Part shown: piece after piece, positions 15,796 through 25,236 of the stretch
Position numbering within the stretch: position 1 is the first letter of the stretch
How the letters are laid out: each line of letters starts with the position of its first letter
NCBI GenBank assembly: GCA_904502095.1
Contig: CAJGDG010000002.1
Location: 128-64,127, forward strand
DNA length: 64,000 nucleotides
Reading direction: 5' to 3'
Source of the DNA: an uncultured Alphaproteobacteria bacterium
GTDB lineage: Bacteria > Pseudomonadota > Alphaproteobacteria > Rs-D84
Translations under genes and position numbers: made by a program
Notes under the pieces: model-generated
Database searches by the model: none
The model's input: only the letters and a program-made list of their open reading frames with translations
What the model was told of the DNA's origin: nothing

Positions 15796-17529
15796 ATGTC
15801 TTATGATATTGAAATAATTCGTCATTCGTTGGCACACGTTATGGCGGCGGCTGTTAAAAAATTGCACCCTGATGTTAAATTCGCAGGGGGGCCAGCAATC
15901 GAAAATGGTTTCTATTATGACTTTGATACAGAATATCGCTTTTCCGAAGAAGATTTTGCAAAAATCGAAAAGGAAATGCGCGATTTAATTAAATCAAACG
16001 GTCGCTTTGAACAACGCAATGTTTCTGTTGATGAAGCCAAAGAAATATTCGCAAATCAGCCATACAAAATGGAATGGTTAAATGAATATGATGCCGCAGG
16101 CGAAGCGTTGTCTGTTTATGCTTTCCGTGATTTTGTTGATTTGTGTCGTGGTCCGCATGTGGAAAGTTCCAAAGACTTGCCAAGGGATGCGTTCAAAATC
16201 CGCAGTGTGGCCGGTGCATACTGGAAAGGAAATGCAAAAAATAAAATGCTGCAACGCATATATGTTGATGCGTTTGCCAGCAAAGAAGAATTGGACGCGT
16301 TCCTGAAAATGCAAGAAGAGGCTGCTGCGCGCGATAATAGAAAACTGGGGCGCGATATGGATTTGTTCCACTTTGAACCTGATTATGCGCCGGGGTCTGT
16401 TTTCTGGCATGACAAGGGATATAAAATTTATCGCAAATTGATAGAATACTTGCGTGCACGCCAGGAAAATGCTGGCTATATGGAAATTTGTACGCCTGCG
16501 GTTATGGACAGATGTTTATGGGAGCGCAGTGGTCATTGGGCAAAATATGGTGAGCATAATTATTCTGGGAAAACCCAAGATGGTAAAACATTTTGTATAA
16601 AGCCTATGTCTTGTCCGGGCGGTATGTTGGTGTTTGGTCATGGTATCAAGTCTTATAAAGATTTGCCTATGTATGTTGCGGAATTCGGTAAGGTTTATCG
16701 TTATGAAGCAGCGGGTGGTTTGTCCGGGCTGATGCGTGTGCGCGAGTTTACGCAGGATGATGCGCATATATTCTGTACAGAAGAACAGTTGGAATCAGAA
16801 GTTGTAAAGATTTTAAAGTTTATCAAAGATATTTATTCAAAGTTCGGCTTTGATAATATTTCAATGAAGTTGGCAACGCGCAAGGATTCTGAATTTCGTA
16901 TAGGTTCTGACGAAATTTGGGACAAGGCAGAAGGGGCATTGAAACATGCGCTGGATGCAAATGGAATTGAGTACGAGATTGCCGAAGGCGATGCAGCATT
17001 TTATGGCCCAAAGATTGATAATTATTTGAAAGATTCAATGGGGCGCGTATGGCAGTGTGGGACCGTGCAATTGGACATGAATTTGCCAGAACGATTCGAT
17101 TTGTCTTATGTTGGTGAAGATGGTGAAAAACATCGCCCAATTATGTTGCATCGTGCTTTGTTAGGGTCTATCGAACGCTTTATGGGCGTGCTGTTGGAAT
17201 CAACGGGGGGGCATTTGCCACTGTGGTTGTCGCCAGAACCGGTTGTTGTCACACCTATTTCTGAAAAGCATGCGGATTATGCAAACGAAGTTGTGGCCGC
17301 ACTACGTGGTGCCGGTGTAAATACACGTGCAGATTTGCGTGATGAAAAAGTGAACTATAAAATCCGTGAATTGTCGCTGGCAAAAACACCAATCGTTGCA
17401 GTTGTTGGCGAAAAAGAAATGGCTGATAAAACTGTGACATTGCGCAGACTGGGTGAACAAAAACAGGAAACAATTCCATTGGCAGAATTTGTTCAAATGA
17501 TGCAAGATGCAATTAAAATGCCATTGTAA
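15796..17529 (+). CDS. thrS: Threonyl-tRNA synthetase (577 aa, no N-terminal TGS domain)
   Basis: Starts in the editing domain (IIRHSLAHVMAAAV). Class II motifs FTQDDAHIF and HRPIMLHRALLGSIERF. Confidence 0.92.
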   Translation: MSYDIEIIRHSLAHVMAAAVKKLHPDVKFAGGPAIENGFYYDFDTEYRFSEEDFAKIEKEMRDLIKSNGRFEQRNVSVDEAKEIFANQPYKMEWLNEYDAAGEALSVYAFRDFVDLCRGPHVESSKDLPRDAFKIRSVAGAYWKGNAKNKMLQRIYVDAFASKEELDAFLKMQEEAAARDNRKLGRDMDLFHFEPDYAPGSVFWHDKGYKIYRKLIEYLRARQENAGYMEICTPAVMDRCLWERSGHWAKYGEHNYSGKTQDGKTFCIKPMSCPGGMLVFGHGIKSYKDLPMYVAEFGKVYRYEAAGGLSGLMRVREFTQDDAHIFCTEEQLESEVVKILKFIKDIYSKFGFDNISMKLATRKDSEFRIGSDEIWDKAEGALKHALDANGIEYEIAEGDAAFYGPKIDNYLKDSMGRVWQCGTVQLDMNLPERFDLSYVGEDGEKHRPIMLHRALLGSIERFMGVLLESTGGHLPLWLSPEPVVVTPISEKHADYANEVVAALRGAGVNTRADLRDEKVNYKIRELSLAKTPIVAVVGEKEMADKTVTLRRLGEQKQETIPLAEFVQMMQDAIKMPL

Positions 17530-17581
17530 TAAATCTGGGGCAGGGAACTGCCCCAAAAAATTAAATGAAAGGAAGGATAAT

Positions 17582-17725
17582 ATGAAGAAAGTTTTGATCT
17601 TGATTGCGCTGGTCTTGACACCGATGGTTGTTGCAGGTTGTGCAAAAAAATGCGAAGTAGAACCAATTGTAGAAGAAAATCATAAGTTGATTGTGCCTCC
17701 TAACTTTGGGCAGATGCCAAAATAA
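17582..17725 (+). CDS. Small lipoprotein (47 aa)
   Basis: MKKVLILIALVLTPMVVAGC lipobox; GGAAGGA SD. Confidence 0.55.
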   Translation: MKKVLILIALVLTPMVVAGCAKKCEVEPIVEENHKLIVPPNFGQMPK

Positions 17726-17763
17726 TTTTTTGATTATATCTGTTTGGCGGTTGGGCTTTTTTA

Positions 17764-17772
17764 TGATATAAT
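17764..17772 (+). promoter_or_regulatory. Extended -10 element TGATATAAT
   Basis: TTTTATGATATAAT lies 31 nt upstream of the ATG at 17804. Confidence 0.5.
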
Positions 17773-17803
17773 ACATGTATAATTTTACAGGGGGGATTAC
17801 GTT

Positions 17804-18586
17804 ATGAACGAAGATAACAGCTTGGATTTACTTGACTTAGATGATGCAGAATCTATGGATTCTTTGCCAGAGGCACCGGCGTTGGCTGCGCCAAGACCTA
17901 AAAAACCATGGCTGTTGTTGACGGTCGGTTTGGCGGTTATTGTGTTGGCGTCGTATGTGATTATTCGCGCAATTGGAACAGAATCTTCTTCGTCTGTGGA
18001 AATTGATTTAGATGCGCCTGTTATGATGGTAGATGAACAGGGAAAGCCGATCGATATGAATGTTATGCCGCCTGTAAAACCGGCTGCGCCTGTACAGCAA
18101 CCTGTTGTTCAGCCTGTTCAACAGACTGCGCCGGCTGCACAACCAAAACTGGCTGTGCAATCCGAGCCTGTGGTACAATCGGCGCCTGTACGCGTAATAG
18201 AAGACAGAAAAGAAGTTAAGTTTGAACCAGCCAATGTTGCAGAACCCACTCCTGTTGCAAAACCTGCGGCAAAGCCTGTGTCTAAACCTGTGGTAAAGAC
18301 GCAACCAAAACCAGTCGCTAAAAAGAAAGCTGTTACATCTGTATTCAGTTGGTATGTTCAATTTGGTTCATATAGCACGCGTGCATTGGCAGAAAGTGCG
18401 CAACGCAAGTTGGCGTCTTCTCACGCCGGTTTGTTTAGTGGTAAACAATTTGTTATTTTGGCGGCGCAGTTGAAAAATGGTACAACTACATACAGATTGC
18501 GTGTTGGATTTAATTCGTCAGGTGATGCAAACGGATTTTGCCGTAATGCCAAAGCTGATGGATTGGATTGTTATGTGACAAAATAA
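17804..18586 (+). CDS. SPOR domain protein with a TM anchor and Pro/Val/Gln-rich linker
   Basis: TM WLLLTVGLAVIVLASYVIIRAI; PVxQ and KPV repeats; C-terminal SPOR-like WYVQFGSYSTRALAESAQRKL...YRLRVGF. Confidence 0.8.
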   Translation: MNEDNSLDLLDLDDAESMDSLPEAPALAAPRPKKPWLLLTVGLAVIVLASYVIIRAIGTESSSSVEIDLDAPVMMVDEQGKPIDMNVMPPVKPAAPVQQPVVQPVQQTAPAAQPKLAVQSEPVVQSAPVRVIEDRKEVKFEPANVAEPTPVAKPAAKPVSKPVVKTQPKPVAKKKAVTSVFSWYVQFGSYSTRALAESAQRKLASSHAGLFSGKQFVILAAQLKNGTTTYRLRVGFNSSGDANGFCRNAKADGLDCYVTK

Positions 18587-18600
18587 TGTAAAAAGAGGAA

Positions 18601-18822
18601 ATGAAAATGTTTGGACGTTTTGGATGGGCTGAAATCTTAGTTGTTGTCGTCTTGGTTGTTATTTTGTTTGGTTCAAATAAAATCCCAGGCATGATGAAGA
18701 ATTTGGCTGATGGTTTGAATGTCTTTAAAAAAGAAATTAAAGATACGAAAAAGCCAGAAAAAAAAGAACAGGGAAAAAAGCCTGTTGCAAAAAAGACAAA
18801 AAAAGTCGTTAAAAAGAAATAA
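18601..18822 (+). CDS. tatA: Twin-arginine translocase subunit TatA/E with a Lys-rich tail
   Basis: FGWAEILVVVVLVVILFGSNKIPGMMKNLADGLNVFKKE. Confidence 0.88.
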   Translation: MKMFGRFGWAEILVVVVLVVILFGSNKIPGMMKNLADGLNVFKKEIKDTKKPEKKEQGKKPVAKKTKKVVKKK

Positions 18823-18851
18823 GAAAAAAACCGGCATTTGCCGGTTTTTTC
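18823..18851. terminator. Bidirectional rho-independent terminator
   Basis: AAAAAAACCGGCA-TT-TGCCGGTTTTTT between convergent tatA and dksA. Confidence 0.85.
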
Positions 18852-18867
18852 AGAACACAATCACCGA

Positions 18868-19299
18868 TTATATTTCGTGTTTTTCGCGTTCTTCTTGCTC
18901 TTCAATAGTCAGTGTAGCTAATGGACGGGCCATCATGCGTTTGATGCCAATTTCATCGCCAGATAATATGCTGTACCCAAAAGTGCCATTTTCAATTCTG
19001 TCCAGCGCGGCGTTTATTTTTTGCAATAATTTATTGTTTCGGTCAGATATACGCAAATCCATAGTGATGTCTTGGTTATATGTTGCATTATCTGATTCGT
19101 CACCAACGCCGGCGTTTTCGGTTTTTTCAGCCATTCGGACCGCGTTTAAAACAGAATCGCGTTCGCTTATTAATTCTTCTTTTTGTGCTGTTAAAATGTT
19201 GTAAAAATACGCCAACTGTTCAGGGCACATATAAGGTTCTGAAAGTTTTGGTTTGTATTTTTCCGGCAATTCAATGTTTTTATAATTCTTCTTGGCCAT
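18868..19299 (-). CDS. dksA: DksA/TraR family regulator lacking all four zinc-finger cysteines
   Basis: Coiled-coil with a DxxDxA-like tip (GDESDNATYNQD). The C-terminus GTFGYSILSGDEIG...ATLTIEEQE replaces the CxxC...CxxC motifs. Confidence 0.8.
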   Translation of the reverse strand: MAKKNYKNIELPEKYKPKLSEPYMCPEQLAYFYNILTAQKEELISERDSVLNAVRMAEKTENAGVGDESDNATYNQDITMDLRISDRNNKLLQKINAALDRIENGTFGYSILSGDEIGIKRMMARPLATLTIEEQEEREKHEI

Positions 19300-19301
19300 T
19301 A

Positions 19302-19622
19302 TTATGCCCCTTTTAATTCTTTTATCCAATCCAGTACTGTGTCTTCGTCCATCAGACCTGTGCGCGCTTCGACTAATTCACCATTTTTAAATGCCAGTAC
19401 GCTGGGAATGCTGCGGATGCCGTACTTTGCAGGTGTGCGGCGGTTGGATTCATCTATTTCAAATTTTACAAATGTTGTGTCTGACGCTTTTTCAGATGCA
19501 GATTCAAAAATAGGGCCAAACATTCTGCATGGACCACACCAAGATGCCCAGAAATCAACCAATGTGATACCGTTGCCAATAAAGCTGTCGAATGTTGCAT
19601 CGTTTGCGTGTTTTATTGCCAT
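19302..19622 (-). CDS. trxA: Thioredoxin
   Basis: WASWCGPCRMF active site; 106 aa from MAIKHAND. Confidence 0.92.
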   Translation of the reverse strand: MAIKHANDATFDSFIGNGITLVDFWASWCGPCRMFGPIFESASEKASDTTFVKFEIDESNRRTPAKYGIRSIPSVLAFKNGELVEARTGLMDEDTVLDWIKELKGA

Positions 19623-19696
19623 CTTTTTCTCCTTCTTTCTATTGATATTCGGGCAAAGTGTATTATAATCAGCACAAAATGCAAGAGAAAACATAA

Positions 19697-20785
19697 ATGA
19701 ATAAAATCATATACTTAGATGCGGCTGCAAGTTATCCTAAACCAGGGACTGTGATAGAGGCAGAAGTTGACTTTTTGCAGAACAAATATGCAAATGCTGG
19801 GCGTGGGGTTTGTGCGCGTGCAGGGGCTGTTGATGTGATGGTTGATGGGGTGCGTGAATGTGTGGCTGATTTTATAGGCGCGAAAAAAAATAATATCGTT
19901 TTTACATCTGGTACAACAGCAGCTATGAATATGATTGCCAGAATGTTAAATTTGGATGCAGGCAAAACAGTTGCGGTGTCTGATTTAGATCATCACAGTG
20001 CACGCTTGCCTTTTGTTCAGACTGGTGCACGTATAGTTTTATGCCCATTGGATGATAATTATAATATCGATTCGAAAAATATTCCGTATGCTGATGTTGT
20101 CGTTATAACAGCAATGTCGAATGTTATTGGTATGCCCCAAGATGTTGCAGCGATTGTTGGTTGCGCGAAACTGAAAAATCCAAATGTTATAACAGTGGTG
20201 GATGCAGCGCAATTTGTCGTACACAGCGAAATTGATGTTGAAAAATGGGGGTGTGATTTTCTGTGTTTTTCTGGACATAAAATTGGTGCCGATACCGGTG
20301 TTGGTGTTATGTATATAAAAAATCCGGATAATTATAAGCCCGTTTTTTTTGGCGGTGGTATGGTTAATAAAATTGTAGGTGGTGATATTATTTACAATTC
20401 TGCGCCAGATGTTTTTGAGGCCGGTACTTTGCCATTAACACAGATTGCTGGGTTGAAAAATGCAATTGCGGATATCAAGAAAAATAGACCTGATTTAAAC
20501 TTGATAAAATTTATGTATGACGAATTATCCAAAATTGAAAAAATTAAGATTTTGTCTGGCCGTGATTCTGCGTTGTTAACATTTGTTGTTGATGGTATGC
20601 ATGCGTTGGATTTTGGCGCGCTGATTGGTACGCGCGGTGTATGTGTGCGTGTCGGAAAGATGTGTGCCAGCTGGATTCATCAGATTATGGGTGTGCCAGG
20701 CAGCATAAGGATTTCTGTTGGGGCGTATAACTCAAAGGATGAAGTTAAAACGGTTATTGGGTATATAAAAGAAATTATAAAATGA
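19697..20785 (+). CDS. sufS: Cysteine desulfurase (short SufS/CsdA-like class V aminotransferase)
   Basis: PLP lysine in FSGHKIG; catalytic Cys in RVGKMCASW; 362 aa. Confidence 0.8.
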   Translation: MNKIIYLDAAASYPKPGTVIEAEVDFLQNKYANAGRGVCARAGAVDVMVDGVRECVADFIGAKKNNIVFTSGTTAAMNMIARMLNLDAGKTVAVSDLDHHSARLPFVQTGARIVLCPLDDNYNIDSKNIPYADVVVITAMSNVIGMPQDVAAIVGCAKLKNPNVITVVDAAQFVVHSEIDVEKWGCDFLCFSGHKIGADTGVGVMYIKNPDNYKPVFFGGGMVNKIVGGDIIYNSAPDVFEAGTLPLTQIAGLKNAIADIKKNRPDLNLIKFMYDELSKIEKIKILSGRDSALLTFVVDGMHALDFGALIGTRGVCVRVGKMCASWIHQIMGVPGSIRISVGAYNSKDEVKTVIGYIKEIIK

Positions 20786-21096
20786 GTTTTACAAAGCAAG
20801 ATATTATTGACGCGTTAAAGAAAATCTATGACCCAGAAATTCCTGTGAATATTTGGGATATGGGTTTGATTTATGATATTGATATCAGAAACGAAGAGGT
20901 CGTAATAAAAATGACTTTTACCAGTCCAACATGTCCGATGATGGAAGAGTTGTTGGGACAGGTTCGCGAATCGGTTAAGGGTGTTGTTGGCGATATGCCT
21001 GTGCAGGTCGATTTAGTTTGGGACCCACCATGGGATTTGTCGCGTATGTCAGATGCGGCGCGTTTGGAACTGGATTTGACAAATCAAGGGTGGTAA
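20782..21096 (+). CDS. sufT: DUF59/SufT-type Fe-S assembly protein
   Basis: IIDALKKIYDPEIPVNIWDMGLIYDIDI and TSPTCPM are typical of DUF59. ATGA overlap with sufS. Confidence 0.8.
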   Translation: MSFTKQDIIDALKKIYDPEIPVNIWDMGLIYDIDIRNEEVVIKMTFTSPTCPMMEELLGQVRESVKGVVGDMPVQVDLVWDPPWDLSRMSDAARLELDLTNQGW

Positions 21097-21098
21097 AC

Positions 21099-21461
21099 AT
21101 GAACTATGGTGATATAAAAAATATTCTGACCGCAATTGATGATGATGCGTTAAAGTTAGAAGTCGTTATGGATTTAGGAAAGGGGTTAGCCGCTGTCCCA
21201 GATAATGCGATATGTTCTGAGATTGTGGGTTGTTCGTCTTTTGTTGAAATTTGTCGCGCAGGGAATCGGTTTTATGGACGTGCGGATTCTGCGATTGTGC
21301 GCGGAATTGTTGCGATATTTATTGCTATGTTGGATTCCAAGACGTCGGATGAAATAAAAAAAATAGATATTGAATCTGAATTTAATTCGCTGAATTTGAA
21401 TCTGGGGGCAGGGCGATTAAATGGCGTGAATTCTATGATTCGTTTTTTTCGTAATTTATGA
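21099..21461 (+). CDS. sufE: Sulfur acceptor SufE
   Basis: VGCSSFVEI active-site Cys context; 120 aa. Confidence 0.7.
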   Translation: MNYGDIKNILTAIDDDALKLEVVMDLGKGLAAVPDNAICSEIVGCSSFVEICRAGNRFYGRADSAIVRGIVAIFIAMLDSKTSDEIKKIDIESEFNSLNLNLGAGRLNGVNSMIRFFRNL

Positions 21462-21467
21462 TAAAAT
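21459..21467 (+). promoter_or_regulatory. Extended -10 element TGATAAAAT overlapping the sufE stop
   Basis: TTTATGATAAAAT lies 33 nt upstream of the ftsL-like ATG. Confidence 0.4.
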
Positions 21468-21500
21468 AGATACATAATTTGTGGTTGTGGGGGGATTTTT

Positions 21501-21794
21501 ATGAACGATGATGAAAAAATGTTTCAAATAGGTGCGTGGGCCCTGGGGATTGTGTTGCTGTTGACTGTTGTGTTGCAGGTGTCTTTTCGTACTCAAAACA
21601 GACAAATAAATCGTGTTCGTCGTGATATTGTACAGACCCAACAAAAAGTCGCTGTTGCCCAGGCTAGTTTTGCATCGTTTGTTCGACCTGAAATTTTGCG
21701 CAGTATGGTGACGACAATTGCGCCAAAAACAGAAGTGATAAGTTTTAATAAATCAATCGCAATTAATGATTTAAAAGAAAAAGAAATAAAGTAA
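21501..21794 (+). CDS. ftsL: FtsL-like cell division protein
   Basis: A single TM (IGAWALGIVLLLTVVLQV) followed by a coiled-coil. It lies immediately upstream of ftsI and overlaps it (TAATG). Confidence 0.6.
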   Translation: MNDDEKMFQIGAWALGIVLLLTVVLQVSFRTQNRQINRVRRDIVQTQQKVAVAQASFASFVRPEILRSMVTTIAPKTEVISFNKSIAINDLKEKEIK

Positions 21795-23431
21795 TGTTCG
21801 AAGTCGGCAAAGATATTTTTAAACATGGGTTTACAGGCGCGCGCGCAGATACAATGACGCGCGGTCGGCTAAAGACGCTGTATACGGTGTTTTTGATTGC
21901 TTTTGTGTTGTTTGCAGGTCGTACATTGCAACTGGGAATTATGGGGCCAAACAGGGCGCGATTAGCGGGGGCGGATAACGAATGGTTGGTGCATCGTGCC
22001 GATATCGTCGACAGAAATGGTGATATTTTGGCGAAAAATGTTGCGTCCGGTCATATTATTTTGCGTAATAAGGCTGTGCGCGAAAAAGACCGAGAGGCTG
22101 TTGCGCAAACTATTCATCAGGCGTTGCCTTATGAATATTCTTTGGCTGATGCAATTGAATTGGTTAATTCGTCAAAAAGATTCATTCGATTGAAAAAATA
22201 TGCCAGTGATGCACAACGCGAAATAATTCAAAATGCAAAGCTGGAGGGTTTGGAAATTGAAAAAGTTCAGACCAGAAAATATCCAAAGCGCAGATTGTTC
22301 TCTCATGCTGTCGGCTTTGTTGGCGAAGATGGACGCGGGTTAGAGGGCGCAGAACGCGTATATAATGATTATTTGACAGAAAACAAAGATGCATTACAGC
22401 TGTCTTTGGATTCTCGTATCCAGTCTGTTTTTTATGAACAGTTGTCTTTTGCAATGCAAAAATATCAGACCAAGGCGGCAATGGGTATGCTGATGAATTC
22501 ACGAACAGGTGAAATTATCGCTATGGTATCTTTGCCGGATTTTGACCCAGAAAACCTGCGTGCAGACCCTGTGTCACATCGTTTGTTTAAGCCTATGCGC
22601 AGTGTTTATGAACTGGGGTCGATTTTTAAAATATTTAATACTGCGTTGGCGTTGGAAAATGGCATCAGTGAAGATAAAGAATATTATGTCGCAAAACCGT
22701 TTCCTATATATGACAAACACGGCAGAGTTGCAAAAAAAATTACAGACATTCGCAGTTTTAAGCCACCACGCCCCAGTTTGAATTTAGAAGAAATTATGAT
22801 GCATTCTTGTAATGTTGGCAGCGCCCAAATTGCACTTGAATTGCCAGATGGCGCGCAAAAAGAATTCTTTGAAAGATTGCATATGGACAAGGCGCTGAAC
22901 CTTGAATTTGGCCGTACAGAGAATTCTTTGCCACAACGAAAATGGGGGCCGGTGGAACGCGCGACTGTCGCGTTTGGTCAAGGGTATGCTGTGACCCCAA
23001 TGCATTTGTTGTTGGGTGTAAACGCTGTTGCTAATGGCGGAATTTATATTTATCCGACATTGCAAAAACGAAGTGTTGGCGTCGTTCACGGTGAACGCGT
23101 TTTGGCGGATGAAATATCCGCAAAGTTGCGCCCAATTATGTTGCGCGTTGCAGAAGAAACAAGTGGTAAAAGAGCGCGTGTCGCAGGTATTCAAATTGGT
23201 GGGAAAACATCGACTGCTGAAAAATATACGAATGGTAAAATTGATAATAAACGTAATGTGACTGCGTTTGTTGGTGTGTTCCCGGCAAATGCGCCACAGT
23301 ATACAATTTTGGTTGTTTTAGATGAGCCCCAGGGAACAAAAGAGTCATGGGGATGGCGTACAGCTGCGTGGAACGCTGTGCCGACAACTGGTAAAATATT
23401 GGATAGTATCCTGCCATTGCTATTTGAATAA
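21794..23431 (+). CDS. ftsI: Penicillin-binding protein 3-type transpeptidase
   Basis: SxxK (GSIFK), SxN (HSCN) and KTG-like (GKTST) motifs plus an N-terminal TM. Confidence 0.88.
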   Translation: MFEVGKDIFKHGFTGARADTMTRGRLKTLYTVFLIAFVLFAGRTLQLGIMGPNRARLAGADNEWLVHRADIVDRNGDILAKNVASGHIILRNKAVREKDREAVAQTIHQALPYEYSLADAIELVNSSKRFIRLKKYASDAQREIIQNAKLEGLEIEKVQTRKYPKRRLFSHAVGFVGEDGRGLEGAERVYNDYLTENKDALQLSLDSRIQSVFYEQLSFAMQKYQTKAAMGMLMNSRTGEIIAMVSLPDFDPENLRADPVSHRLFKPMRSVYELGSIFKIFNTALALENGISEDKEYYVAKPFPIYDKHGRVAKKITDIRSFKPPRPSLNLEEIMMHSCNVGSAQIALELPDGAQKEFFERLHMDKALNLEFGRTENSLPQRKWGPVERATVAFGQGYAVTPMHLLLGVNAVANGGIYIYPTLQKRSVGVVHGERVLADEISAKLRPIMLRVAEETSGKRARVAGIQIGGKTSTAEKYTNGKIDNKRNVTAFVGVFPANAPQYTILVVLDEPQGTKESWGWRTAAWNAVPTTGKILDSILPLLFE

Positions 23432-23475
23432 TTTTCGGTTATAATACGCTTGATAATAAGAAAAAAGAGTAGAGC

Positions 23476-25224
23476 GTGAAAAGAATAGTGGAAAAATCCA
23501 TGCTTGGAAAAGCGTGGGTGGCGGCGTACGATGGGTTTAGTGATACAGACGATTTGTTAAAAAATATATTGTTGGGGCGCGGAATAAAAACAGAAGAAGA
23601 AATGAAACTGTTTTTAAATCCAAGCATCAAAGAATATATGCCTGACCCATATGTTTTAAAAGATATGGAAAAGGCTGCGCAAATAATCGCAGACGCTGTT
23701 GAAAATAATCAAAAAATTGCAATATATGGTGACTATGATGTCGATGGAATTACATCGACTGCGGTGTTTGTAAAATATTTACGCGGTTTGGGCGTGGATG
23801 TTGTATGGCATTTGCCAACGCGTGAAGGCGAAGGGTATGGTCTGAATAATGATGCAATAAAAGATATTGCGGAAAGTGGCGCAAAGTTATTGGTGACTGT
23901 TGATTGTGGAATAAGCGGAAACAAGGAAGTTGATTATGCGAAACAACTGGGGTTGGGGGTTGTTGTGACGGATCATCATTCGCCTGACGCTGTTTTGCCG
24001 TACGCAGATGCGGTAGTTGATCCAAAGCGCGAAGATGATGAATCTGGTTTGTCTTACTTGGCGGGTGTTGGTGTTGCTTTTTTGACATTGGTTGCGGTTA
24101 ATCGCGAATTGAAGTCACGTAATTTGATGCCCGAATTATCAGCAAAATTAAATTCACAAAATTTGATGAATTATACTGATTTTGTCGCGCTGGGAACTAT
24201 TTGCGATACAATGCCTTTGATTGGATTAAATCGTGCATTTGTTGCAACCGGGTTAAAGGTTTTGGGGTTGCAACAAAATTTAGGATTGCGCGTATTGATG
24301 GATTTGGCAGGCATAAAAAAACCGTCTGTTTATGCCGCTGGATTTGCGCTGGGGCCACGATTAAATGCCGCCGGCAGATTGGATTCTGCTGCGCCGTCGT
24401 TGGAATTGTTGCTGACAGATAATCCTTTGATTGCGAATGATTTAGCAAATAAATTGCATCAAATGAATCAGGAACGAATTGATATTCAAAATGCAATTAT
24501 GTTGCGTGCAACTGAAATGGCTGAAAATTGTTGCAAGTCAGGCAAGTGCAGTTTGTTTGTTTGTGGCGATAATTGGCACGGCGGTGTTATGGGAATTATT
24601 GCAGGCCGATTGAAAGATAAATTTAATTTGCCGTCTTGTGTTGCTACAAAAGCAGATGGTCAGATTAATGGTTCTGGGCGATCGATAAATGGTGTTGATT
24701 TAGGTAAAATTATTCACGATGCATTGGCAGCAGGAATCGTCAGCGAAGGTGGCGGTCATGCAGCAGCAGCAGGTTTTTCATTAAGCGAAGAAAAAGAGGC
24801 TGCGTTTTGTGAGTTTTTAGAGAAGGCCGTCATTAATCAGCTGAATGGTCAAATCCCTGCACCAGAAGTTTTTGTCGATGCACAAATGGATGCAGGTGGC
24901 GCAAATATGCGCTTGGTGAAAAAGATGTCGGCAATGGAACCTTTTGGACAGGGAAATCAAGAGCCTGTTTTGGTTTTGACTGGGACTGTGTTAAGGTATG
25001 CGTCGGTTATGGGAAATGGCGCACATTTGCGCGGCAGCGTTTCAACCAGCAATGGAACACAGTTGTCGTTTGTTGGATTTAATCTGGTTGGTACGCCGGT
25101 TGGTGATTTTTTACTAGACGAAGCGAATACAAATACTAAAATGATGATGTTAGGTAAATTGAAAGAGAACGAATATAACGGGCGCACATCTGTTCAGTTT
25201 GTTTTGGAAGATATTGCGTTGTAA
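23476..25224 (+). CDS. recJ: Single-stranded-DNA-specific exonuclease RecJ
   Basis: DHH motifs IYGDYDVDGITS, TVDCG, VVTDHHSP; DHHA1 GGGHAAAAG. GTG start. Confidence 0.9.
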   Translation: MKRIVEKSMLGKAWVAAYDGFSDTDDLLKNILLGRGIKTEEEMKLFLNPSIKEYMPDPYVLKDMEKAAQIIADAVENNQKIAIYGDYDVDGITSTAVFVKYLRGLGVDVVWHLPTREGEGYGLNNDAIKDIAESGAKLLVTVDCGISGNKEVDYAKQLGLGVVVTDHHSPDAVLPYADAVVDPKREDDESGLSYLAGVGVAFLTLVAVNRELKSRNLMPELSAKLNSQNLMNYTDFVALGTICDTMPLIGLNRAFVATGLKVLGLQQNLGLRVLMDLAGIKKPSVYAAGFALGPRLNAAGRLDSAAPSLELLLTDNPLIANDLANKLHQMNQERIDIQNAIMLRATEMAENCCKSGKCSLFVCGDNWHGGVMGIIAGRLKDKFNLPSCVATKADGQINGSGRSINGVDLGKIIHDALAAGIVSEGGGHAAAAGFSLSEEKEAAFCEFLEKAVINQLNGQIPAPEVFVDAQMDAGGANMRLVKKMSAMEPFGQGNQEPVLVLTGTVLRYASVMGNGAHLRGSVSTSNGTQLSFVGFNLVGTPVGDFLLDEANTNTKMMMLGKLKENEYNGRTSVQFVLEDIAL

Positions 25225-25236
25225 TAAAAAAGAAAC

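Noticed and set aside
17537-17554. Hairpin GGGGCAG-GGAA-CTGCCCC right after thrS, considered as its terminator
   Set aside because: It is followed by an A tract rather than a T tract on the thrS strand, so it is not a canonical intrinsic terminator in that direction. It was left unannotated.
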